In this document: positions 1 through 10,209 of the stretch, piece after piece
Numbering within the stretch: the first letter of the stretch is position 1
Layout: every line of letters starts with the position of its first letter
DNA from: Alloascoidea hylecoeti
Lineage: Eukaryota
Assembly (NCBI GenBank): GCA_001600815.1
Contig: BCKZ01000044.1
Location: 26,034 to 65,307, forward strand
Direction: 5' to 3'
Length of the DNA stretch: 39,274 nt
Translations under genes and position numbers: made by a program
Notes under the pieces: model-generated
Told to the model about the DNA's origin: nothing
What the model saw: only the letters and a program-made list of their open reading frames with translations
The model's database searches: none

Positions 1-191
1 ATGTTGTTCTTCATTATTGTCAGAGGAGGAAGAATTTTTTGTAGTTTTATATCCATTAAAGTTTCCAAATAATTTCTACCAACTTGATATTCAGAATGTG
101 TAGATTCATAAGATATAATTTGAAGATTCTTTTGTTTATCTTCATCAAGAATATTTAAATTTATTGATTTGTGCAAGATCTTCATCTTTAT
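1..191. repeat. Left arm of a long inverted repeat with 39059-39256
   Basis: The reverse complement of 1-191 matches 39059-39256 apart from 3 substitutions, a 6-nt indel, a 1-nt indel and one N. The match runs to the left window edge. Confidence 0.95.
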
Positions 192-347
192 CTTCATCTT
201 GAATATTTGATGATGAATCAGAACCAACTTTACCTTTTTTTTATTAATTGATGGTGATGATTTTTTCATTTCTGATTGTAATAAAACTAATGGTGTTCCA
301 ATAAGAGCTCTTTTTTGAATTTTTGTTAAACCTCTAAAGACATTCAT
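1..347 (-). pseudogene. Partial coding-like frame of unknown product, probably degraded
   Basis: Stop-free frame from ATG 347 to the window edge (MNVFRGLTKIQKRALIGTPLV...ESTHSEYQVGRNYLET). A more protein-like acidic stretch (SSSNIQDEDKDEDLAQ) lies in an alternative frame, suggesting compensating frameshifts. No family recognised. Confidence 0.3.
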
Positions 348-524
348 TTGAATCAATACAAACACGTATTAGACTAATAAGATCCTCAAGATTTTCCTTT
401 GATGAACGGAATGCAGAAGAATTCAAGTGTTGAAAACTTTTGATACTAAAGTTGATGCTTACTCCGTCTCCTACTTTGGAAGAATGAAACAATTTTAAAC
501 ATATTTTATGTTAGCTGATGAGGA

Positions 525-534
525 GGTTCGAACC
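525..534. promoter_or_regulatory. Isolated Pol III B-box (candidate TFIIIC/ETC-like site) upstream of BRF1
   Basis: GGTTCGAACC is palindromic and fits the B-box consensus GWTCRANNC on both strands. No tRNA T-stem forms around it. Confidence 0.45.
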
Positions 535-595
535 AGGGCCACTAGAGTCACGAATTTACCAGCGAAACTGCCCCCAACTAGTCTATGATAACATA

Positions 596-609
596 ACATC
601 CGTACACCC
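596..609 (+). promoter_or_regulatory. Rap1/RPG-box-like motif ACATCCGTACACCC
   Basis: Fits ACAYCCRTACAY. Near-identical copies lie at 28184 and 32992, each about 55-60 nt before an ATG. Confidence 0.5.
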
Positions 610-665
610 CTCATTTTCTCGCACATGTTTGCTTTTAACATAGTTGTTCTTTTTGCGACACAAAA

Positions 666-2192
666 ATGAAACCAACGACAAGAGTTTGCAAAAATTGTGG
701 AGGTACGCGATTTGATCGTGACATCACAACAACTGCCTCGGATTTAACTTGTTTTTCCTGTGGTGCAGTTCAGGAAGAGAATCCCATCGTTTCAGAGGTC
801 TCTTTTGGTGAATCTTCATCTGGTGCTGCCGTTGTCCAAGGCTCGTTTATCGGTGCTGATCAGGCCCATGGAGGATTTCAAAGTCTTTACGGTGGAAAAG
901 CTGCTGGTTATGAGAGTAGAGAACAAACCTTGGGAAACGCGAAAAGAAGAATCCGTTCTGTTGCTTTAGCTTTAAAAATTCCTGAATATATATCAGATGC
1001 CGCATTTCAATGGTTTCAATTGGCTCTAACAAATAATTTCGTTAAAGGTAGACGAAGTCAAAATGTTGTTGCATCATGTTTATATATTGCTTGCCGAAAA
1101 GAAAAAACGCACCATATGTTAATTGATTTTTCCTCGCGGTTGCAAGTCAGTGTTTTTTCAATTGGTGCAACATATATGAAAATGGTTAAAGCCTTACATA
1201 TAACTAATTTACCTTTGGCTGATCCATCGATATTTATTCAACATTTTTCCGAAAATCTAGACTTTGGTAAAAAAAGGGTAAAAGTTGTACGTGATGCAGT
1301 TCGGCTAGCTTCTAAAATGTCAGAAGATTGGATCCGTGAAGGTAGAAGATCTGCTGGTGTTGCTGGTGCTTGTTTATTACTAGCTGCAAGGATGAATAAC
1401 TTTCGAAGAACAAAGGCTGAAATAGTTAATGTCTCGCATGTTTGTGAAGAAACAATTCAAAAAAGGTTAAAGGAATTCAGTGAAACGTCATCTGCTTCGT
1501 TAACTGTCCAAGGATTCAGAGATTCTGCAGAAGAAGAGGAAAACAAAGGGCAAGGTGAAATAACTAAACGAAAGATCGCTGATCCTCCATCTTTTACAAG
1601 AAATAGAAAAAAAGACGAAAAAGAATCAAAGAAGATAAAACCAACGTTGGATACTTTAAAATCAGATCCATTAGTAAAGCAAATTCTCGACGATGGTCAG
1701 TTAACAAGTGATGAAATTACCAAATCATTGGAAAGGGTAATGAATCGGAAAAAGGAACCAGAAAAGAAAACAGAAATTCAAACATGGACCAGAGAGGGTA
1801 AAAATTTACCAAGTACTGAAGAAATGTTAAGTAAGGTCAGAGATGATCCTGATAGTTTCTCTGATATAGAGGATGAAGAACTTGATTCATTTTTATTAGA
1901 AGATGATGAAGTCGAACGCAAAAAATTTTATTGGTATAATAATAATCGAGAATATCTACTTGAAGAAGAACGGAAAAAACTACTTATTGAGTCTCAGCAA
2001 AAAGCTGGAACATACAAACCACCAAAGAAAAGGAAGAAGGTAGCAAAGAAGGAAGAAGATGATGATATATCTCGTGCCAGTACTCCAGCAGAAGGGATGA
2101 AAAACATGTTACAAAAAAGACCATTCAGTAAGAAGATTAACTACGATGTTGTAGATAATATATTGAACAAGCAGATGAACACATCAATATAA
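666..2192 (+). CDS. BRF1: TFIIIB subunit Brf1
   Basis: N-terminal zinc ribbon (CKNC...CFSC, EENPIVSEV), two TFIIB cyclin repeats (GRRSQNVVASCLYIACR; GRRSAGVAGACLLLAARM) and Brf1 C-terminal blocks (DPPSF; SKKINYD). Confidence 0.97.
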   Translation: MKPTTRVCKNCGGTRFDRDITTTASDLTCFSCGAVQEENPIVSEVSFGESSSGAAVVQGSFIGADQAHGGFQSLYGGKAAGYESREQTLGNAKRRIRSVALALKIPEYISDAAFQWFQLALTNNFVKGRRSQNVVASCLYIACRKEKTHHMLIDFSSRLQVSVFSIGATYMKMVKALHITNLPLADPSIFIQHFSENLDFGKKRVKVVRDAVRLASKMSEDWIREGRRSAGVAGACLLLAARMNNFRRTKAEIVNVSHVCEETIQKRLKEFSETSSASLTVQGFRDSAEEEENKGQGEITKRKIADPPSFTRNRKKDEKESKKIKPTLDTLKSDPLVKQILDDGQLTSDEITKSLERVMNRKKEPEKKTEIQTWTREGKNLPSTEEMLSKVRDDPDSFSDIEDEELDSFLLEDDEVERKKFYWYNNNREYLLEEERKKLLIESQQKAGTYKPPKKRKKVAKKEEDDDISRASTPAEGMKNMLQKRPFSKKINYDVVDNILNKQMNTSI

Positions 2193-2620
2193 TGATAAAT
2201 AGCCGAATATATGTCAAGCAAGTTAATATATTAAATCACAATGAAGAAATAATGGGTCATCCACGCAACTAATTATGAATCTCCAATTTGTCGAAACTAC
2301 ACCCACTAAAGCTAAAGTATCGTCACTCCAGCATGGCGAATTCGGAGTCGAATTTGGTGTAATGATTGTTTATTAAATTAATTCTTTTATCCAGTAATTA
2401 TAACATCAAGCTTATACCGTAATATAAATCATATAATAATTACGTGTTAACTTGAGTTCGGTCATAAATAAAAAATAGAATCCAACTACAAAATTTGTGT
2501 ATAAAAAATCATTTAATATTTTATTTATGACTATTGTACTTTAAGTCAGTGTTGTATCATACATCTATCATATTAGTATCAGACTATATAACATTGTTTA
2601 GAGATCCCCTTAAATACTAT

Positions 2621-4015
2621 TTAGATTGGTAATTCAAAAGAGACATTGACATCAATTTCTCTTGCCATTTTAACAACCTTTGATAATTGACAAACTTTTT
2701 CGGCAGCTTCATCTAATTCATCAAATGAAAAGATCTTTAAACCTGAGTCAGAAATCATCTTTCTAGCAATATCCAAGTTTGTACCTTGTAATCTAACGAC
2801 AACTGGAATAGTTAAGTTCATCTCTTGTGTAACGGCAATTAAACCAGCAGCAATATTATCACATCTAACAATACCACCAAAAATGTTAACGAAAATGGCA
2901 GTGACACCCTTTTCACTTAAGATAAGTTCAAAAGCTTTTTTGATTGATTCTGGGGTAGCACCACCACCACAATCTAAAAAGTTAGCTGGTTCACCACCAT
3001 ATAATTTAATGATGTCCATAGTAGCCATAGCTAAACCAGCACCATTAACAAGACAACCAATGTTACCATCTAATTTAATAAAATTCAAACCACTCTTAGC
3101 AGCTTCAACTTCTTCTGGATCTTCTTGAGAAACATCCCTCCAGTCAAAAACTTCTTTTTGTCTGTAAGAGGCATTATCATCAAAAGCTAATTTGGCATCC
3201 ATGGCGACAACCCTGTGATCGACAGTTTCCGATAATGGGTTGATTTCAATTTGAGTGCAATCCCTTTCTTGGAATAAAGTGTATAATTTCTTGATTGTCT
3301 CACTAGCTTCAGTTTGAGCAGATTTTGAGAAACCTAAGGCAGCAGCTGCTTCGCCAGCAACAGCATCAGTAAGACCAGTCTTTAAGTCAATTGGGAAAGT
3401 CTTAATGGCATCTGGAGTTTCCTTAGCAACACCTTCAATATCCATACCACCTTGACTTGATGCAACAATCATGGGTTGTTGGTTTTGTCTGTCCATTAAA
3501 ATGGCACAGTAAGCCTCTCGTCGAACGAATTCTCTTTGGACGACGTAGACAGCAGTAACCTTCTTTCCGGCTGGACCCGATTGTTTTGTGATCAATTGGT
3601 GACCAATCATTTGATCGGCGAACATCTTAGCTTCAACAGCTGAAGATATAAGCTTAACACCACCTTTCAACCCATTGTCGAAATGGCCTTTACCTCTACC
3701 ACCTGTTAAAGCCTGAGCCTTAATAACAAGGTCTTCACTGTTCAACTTTTTAGCGATGGCTTCGGCACCAGCAGCGTCGACAGCAGCATCACCTGGAGGA
3801 ACACCGACTCCGTATTGTTTTAACAGAGCAGCAGATCTATACTCGTGGAGAGACAAGCATCTACGGGAGGTGATTTGCTAAAAATAAGGTCCTTGTTAAT
3901 GAAAAAATTCGGAGGGGTGACCCCACTTGTCCATAAGCGGGAATCAGAATATAATACAAAACCTAATTACCTTTAGAGGAGCGAACTTGGCGGTACGGAG
4001 AACAGGTCGGAACAT
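2621..4015 (-). CDS. LSC2: Succinyl-CoA ligase beta subunit, mitochondrial; exons 4015-3971 and 3877-2621 (433 aa)
   Basis: LHEY, KAQALTGGRGKG, EINPL, NGAGLAMATMD and NIFGGIVRCD motifs. The true ATG at 4015 encodes a presequence (MFRPVLRTAKFAPLK). Intron 3970-3878 (GTAATT..CATTAAC..TAG) joins the exons in frame. Confidence 0.96.
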
Positions 4016-4211
4016 TGTGAATTATTAACCAGAAGTTTTGATACTCGACTTGGTTTCGTAGAAAAGTGAAAAAGCAGAGTAAAACTTTAGGAAATCCACC
4101 TTTATATACTTAAAACAAGGAGACTATAGGAAGTGCCACAAAACAGCCTATCAGCCGCCATTTGTGCTATCTTCACCCGAATGTGCGCGGAAACAAGGAG
4201 ATTTGCGTGTC

Positions 4212-4227
4212 CGGGTAAATTTACCCG
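4212..4227. promoter_or_regulatory. Palindromic double Reb1-like site CGGGTAAATTTACCCG in the divergent LSC2 promoter
   Basis: Perfect 16-bp palindrome containing TTACCCG on both strands. Another CCGGGTAA lies at about 28163. Confidence 0.55.
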
Positions 4228-4746
4228 TTGCGCGAATCCTCAGAATTTCCTAATATGGCATCTAGCCCTTAGTCCTTGAATGCTTCCGCTCATCCTTTAC
4301 ATTAATGTTGTAATGCAAATATGTGTATTGTTAACAAGCTACTATTGTTAATTCGTGAAGATTCATTCGATGATTTCAATCTTAAGATTTTTACAAAACA
4401 CCGTTAAATATGTTTAGGCGTAAATTTATGCTTATAGTTTAGTTAGTTTCTTAACACTTTTATGACTACTGAAGGTTTCGATTTTTGCTAGCTAGAATCA
4501 CCCCATACCAATTTTTCAAACTATTTACAAAATCACTTTAGATATCAAAATTTCCATACATCTCAACCTTTAAAACTTCATCTACGATTGATAAAATACA
4601 CTTCTATATAATAATGACGTTAATATAAAGTTACAATATCTATTTTTAAGGTACTCAGCTTGATCAGTTGAAAGAGGTAGGGTAACTCCAACTCTAAATA
4701 TTTTCAAAACTCACCATTAAAAATTTCCTTTAAGTTTAGTATTTCA

Positions 4747-5304
4747 ATGGAAAAGTTTAGCATCGCTGTAGAGCAAACAAATCACCTAATATTATCATGG
4801 CTGGATACACCTGCAGATTCCAAGAGTCCAGCTGCTACCGTTAATCTGAAAAATGGTGCTGATGGAGAAAAAAGTGAGAAGTTCCTCGATTTACCAGTCG
4901 TAAACCCAGGCTCTGGTATAAATTCATCTTCAACAAAGAAAACAATAGGAGAATTTATAAATGCTCCATTAAAGAAAAGGATCTTAAATTCACCAGCGAC
5001 AAATAGTTTAAGAAATGGCATAATAAAAGATAAAGCTTTGTACCTAATCGATAAAAATATACGGAAGGATAAGACACGAGATAGAAAGGGTAGTTCTAGG
5101 TGGAACGCACAATTACAATCATATAAATCAAATTCTTTTTCGAAATCAAAATCAAAATCATATGAGAGCGATAGTGATGATGAAGAGGAGGGTAGAGGGC
5201 GAGGTATTAGTAACACCAAGAAGAAAAATTCAACAAGTTATTTTGATCAATATTCAAAATCAAAATCGAAGAAAAAGAATAAAAAAATAAAAAATAAAAA
5301 ATAA
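4747..5304 (+). CDS. Small basic, possibly nucleolar protein, DUF3245-like
   Basis: 185 aa with an N-terminal LILSWL, an acidic SDSDDEEEGRG block and a Lys-rich tail. This layout resembles fungal DUF3245 proteins from memory. Confidence 0.6.
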   Translation: MEKFSIAVEQTNHLILSWLDTPADSKSPAATVNLKNGADGEKSEKFLDLPVVNPGSGINSSSTKKTIGEFINAPLKKRILNSPATNSLRNGIIKDKALYLIDKNIRKDKTRDRKGSSRWNAQLQSYKSNSFSKSKSKSYESDSDDEEEGRGRGISNTKKKNSTSYFDQYSKSKSKKKNKKIKNKK

Positions 5305-5337
5305 AAAATAAAAAATAAAAAATAAAAAATAAAAAAT
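5282..5337. repeat. (AAAAAAT)8 heptamer tandem repeat containing the ORF stop codon
   Basis: Eight perfect units read directly from the sequence. Confidence 0.9.
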
Positions 5338-8300
5338 GATAAGCTATATTATAGTTCATGGTGTATATTATGTTAATTAATGACTTATGTTACATTTGTT
5401 TCAATGATTTCAACTGCTTCGCCTGTACCAACACTCCTATATTTGTAGTGTTGTTTGAATTTATGAAAATGTGTTAATTAGTGTATGTAATCTAAGCCTA
5501 AGTTACAAAATGGAACATTTTAAGTTATGCTGATCAGTTGTATAATTAATTCCAGCAATCAAAAATGAATTTAGTAAAATTTAGTTCTCCTTAAGCTTGA
5601 AATTAATAATTAATCAGTGAACAAGAAGCATATGGCATATTAAGATTATATACTTATATGACATCAACTACTCTTGCCAGTATAGCGTATATGGTGATTC
5701 CACTTAATTTAGTTCATATTGATTATTAATTATAGGTGATTCCCGTAACTAATTTTCGGTCAAGTTTGGCCCCAAGGTGTTCCATCCTGCGATCTTGGAA
5801 ATAATGCGATCTAAAAGTAATATGGGGATAATTAGTAATAGGCATGGCCTAAATTAAGTGAAACGTCTTCATAATTATTTAAATAAAGTGCTAAGCCGAA
5901 GTATTGTCATCGCCATACCCTCTGAAAGTGTTAATTAGGGTGCGAAAATACAAATTTAAATGGTAATAGGTTCGACCACTTATAGACCAATAGGGTAAGT
6001 TATGTACCAACTGCGAGTTCAGAGAATCATCTCTAAATTTTTAAAATACCCGGAAACTGAGAAAGACTCGAAATTTAAGAGAAACGGTTAGTAACAAAGT
6101 CATAAGTCTAACTAACTTCGTTTGTGGTTATTGACTTTTATTGAATGTAACTTTCAATCAGTCAATATACAAACTAAGTTTTCGATAGTTTTCTTTCTAT
6201 AACTATGGTTGATGGCTACTAGTTATAAATACAAACACTTCATACAATCGTTTTGTAGAATATGATAAATTTACCCTGAAGAATATACATGTATTTCAAT
6301 ACTTTATATCTTGTAACCAATTTTTTATACTAATTCGTTTTTTGAATACAAAAAGTACTATAAATACAAATCAGCGCCAAAACCTACAGCGGATTCATCT
6401 GTATCTTCATTTATTATAAGTATAGATTTAAAACTTGATTAATATTATAGAATGTTTGAAAGTGAACAAACAAACCAAGAAGATATTTATGATCTCTCAG
6501 AGTTTCCATATCCATCTATAGCTCGTTCTTTAAGTCCGATATTTAAAGCGGCTTCAAGTAACAACTATTGGAATCATAATTTAACTGTTGGGAATCAGCT
6601 TCAATCTATAACCCACCCAATCTAGATCACATTTTTTTAGTACCAATAATACATGCAGTATAGAGTTTAGGTAAAAAAAAAAAAGCATAATCATAATCAT
6701 GATGAGATGCTCAAGGATTAGCGATATCATATCTAATGATTTGACGAGCCTATACATTCCCCCAACAATATAAGGATTGTTGAACAAATCTGTGATGTTC
6801 CAGGTTCAATACTTATTCTTATACATATAATTAATAGTTGCAGAATGAAAAAAAATTGACGTTAGACATATTTATTCATATAGTTTTTATATTAATATCA
6901 GTCAGAAACAACTGTCATGGCGTTGATGTACATTAATATATAAAGGAAATTTAAACAGGCGGGTTTCTCCTGAATTATCTGACTCTGGTAAAACATCAAA
7001 GCAAAATTAATACTAGCGCTATATATGAATTAATGCTAATTATACTATTGTATTGCTCATATTTACAACAATTATAATTAAGATGCTATCAATCTATAAT
7101 ATATAAGCAAGGCTTTACAACAATATTAAATGGTATGATATACCGTATAAAATTAATATATATTTATATTATACCGATTACAACGAGACTGCAGCCGGAG
7201 CCATTCTATATATAAAAAATAGCCTGAGTTATACAATGCATATGATTAGTTACATATAGGTATTGTGACAGAAGTAGTTATTGAATATCCTACTAAATTT
7301 GATTGTTAATTATATATTATCCATCTACAGAATATAAATGAAAAGAAGATCTTGGGAAAATACGTATACCTAGATCTAGACGTAGACTGATTGCTTGACT
7401 CCATAAGCTGCTCATACCATTGGCAAGTTCTAGTAGTTGATTTCAAGCCTATATATAATTAGTGAAGCACCCGTATTCCATGATCTACGAACTTGATTTT
7501 ATGTGTAAACTTATTCAATTATTTTAAGCAACGTCAATTTTGGAGAGAGATATTTAACCTTTCACTCATCAATCCATTGAAATTAAAATTGTGAATGTTA
7601 TAAATTCATTTAACACATGCATTATGAAAATATATAAATATCCAACAATGGCAAAAAAGCCGAGCTTATAAATACCCGCACTCTATATATGTAACTATAG
7701 CGCTAAGATTAAGAATTTTTCATACATATCTATAATTATATTAAATCAATTTATCTGCTCATGATTTTAATCATAATTATTATCACAAGAAAAAAGTCTG
7801 CAGGGAAACATTTTCGATGTTATAATTATTGCCTATGTGTAATTGCAGATGAAATGTCCATTCTATAATTGAATGCAATTGGTGCTTGAGACATCTGAGA
7901 ACGACTTATATGGGGTATATAATTCGCACCTGGCTGAAGGGTATACATGTATAGGGCTTATATCTATATATCTTTTAGATTTTTTCGCAATTGTGAAGCT
8001 GTAAATAGATGTGTGAAGTATATGATTATTCCTTAATACGATAATCAAGCTTTTGATATCGACACGGTGACATAGTAGAGATCGATGGGCAAATAAAAAT
8101 TGATGATGGAATTCCAAATCGAATTTGGCAGTTATATATAAATCATCTATATAATTTAATATACGGCTAATTACCTATGAGTTAAAACAAACAAACACAC
8201 ACCAGTACTATTGTTCTTAAGATTTTATTCTAAGTCACAAGTAATAAGAAACCTTATTTCAGTTAATAATAATAACTTATTATTTAAAGCTCTGTATATA

Positions 8301-10209
8301 TATACGTTTTTTCATACGAAAAGAATTAAATTAGGTGCGTTTATACATAATATAAATATGTAAATATCTATAAATGGGCATTCATAAATGAAATGGATTC
8401 TAAATGAAGATATATATGATCCAGAAAGAAACTTAAGCATCGACTTTCTTCCTCAATAAGATGTTTATTTTATAGAACTATAATTTTGACAGTATTCATA
8501 GCTCCACATATTGAAACCATATAACTATAACGCTATTAAGTTGTTTCTGCCTGGTCATTATTATTGAATGATCATATGACTACTAATATTGTTGCAATTG
8601 TAATGGTAATACATAGTAGAAACTATCGACAATTACATATAGTTTAACATAATTGTAAGAACCGATATAAAAGTACACGACCCTAAATATATCCAGGCCC
8701 ACTAATATTACTAGATGCACTCGACAATATTGGTAGCAATTATGATTGATTAGATATATTTATAGGTTCACGATTAAGCGATATTTACAAGTATATCATA
8801 ATATCAGCAATATTAGGCTTGATTTATAGTGTGATTGTACTATAAATTTATATACTATTAAAGTTCCACCTTTAATTAATATAATATTAAGATAACCCAT
8901 ATTTTGTGTACGAGATCGAGAACTCCTTGGAATTCATTACTACTATAAATAGCAATAACTTGCTAAATATTACTCTTTATAGACCGTCCACATATATGTG
9001 ATATTGTGTTTGTACGAATAACTTTAACATCACTCCATGATATAGTATGCTAATATCATACTATTTCAAAGGAAATGCAGGCTTATTTTGAACCGTAGTT
9101 CGTGATTATGTATGTATCTCGATATCCTAAAATGACTATTTTCAACTCAGTATTGTATAGCCAATGAAAAACTCTATATGTAGATGCCCGTAACAGCAAA
9201 TATGTAATGCATGTAGATATGCAATTCTCTTTTTCATATTCATATTATATTATAATTACACATTACGGTTGGTATGTATGCCTAATATATGCTTAAGCTT
9301 ATTATAAACGAAAATACATTTATGTTTTATTCTTTCGGCCGAAAGGGAAAAAGCTTATCCAACTTTTATTATTTTGTGGCTAGATAGAGGTTTTAATCTA
9401 ATATTTTTCTCTCTCTGAATTTATTCTCTAGATATTTATGCATACGTGGGGGAAAGTAAAAAAAAAATATGGGTCAAGGTCCAGAGTGCTTGAACCAGCC
9501 ATGAACATAGCAATGGAAAATATCTGATTTAGTGTTAATATTATAAGTTTATTTATATGGTCATGAAATAATATCATACATGATCAAGTAACAATTGGAA
9601 AACTCCAATGTTATAACTGTATGCATATGGCATTAATATTATCGATTAACATTTAAAAAAGTATCTTTGAAATTAATTATTAAAATTATACTTTTTATTC
9701 AATTGAGTTCAATGCATTTATAATTAATATTATATCAGCTGCTGCCGTTATTTAAATAACTATTATTAGTCATGACAATACGGTAAATGTCTATGAAGAA
9801 AACCAAAAAAAAATAAGCAACAAAAAATTCAAAATGATCTAGTGATGAGTTTGGTGGAACATGAAATCAAGCGAAGGACTGTTCATATATGACTAAAAAA
9901 CAAATGTAACCATTAAAGGCGAGAATAAAAACAAGCAAATACCCTTTGTGAAAAATATAATTTACAGCAAAATAAAGTTTGATAGATGCAAAATAAAACA
10001 AAAGGAAAAAAATAGAAAGAAAGAAAAACATTTTTTTTTTGCTGAATCCAATCAACGAGAGAAATTAATAGAAACTATTAGAAAGTGTAATTTCATTTGA
10101 AATAAAACGGTTTCCTGACAACCTCCATCAACTTTTAGAACTATGGGGGAAAAAATCCAATTACTTTTTCCCAAATGCAATCATTACAGACAAATTACTA
10201 TGATTATGA

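Noticed and set aside
500..590. tRNA gene around GGTTCGAACC
   Set aside because: No T-stem or anticodon arm pairs on either strand; kept only as an isolated B-box.
8950..9110. Tc1-like minus-strand frame (NKP...LFVQ...RVIFS)
   Set aside because: Spacing is off by about 8 residues and the catalytic D is absent; too weak to call.
9838..9895. Box C/D snoRNA (GTGATGA...ATGA)
   Set aside because: Too short, imperfect D box and no recognisable rRNA guide.
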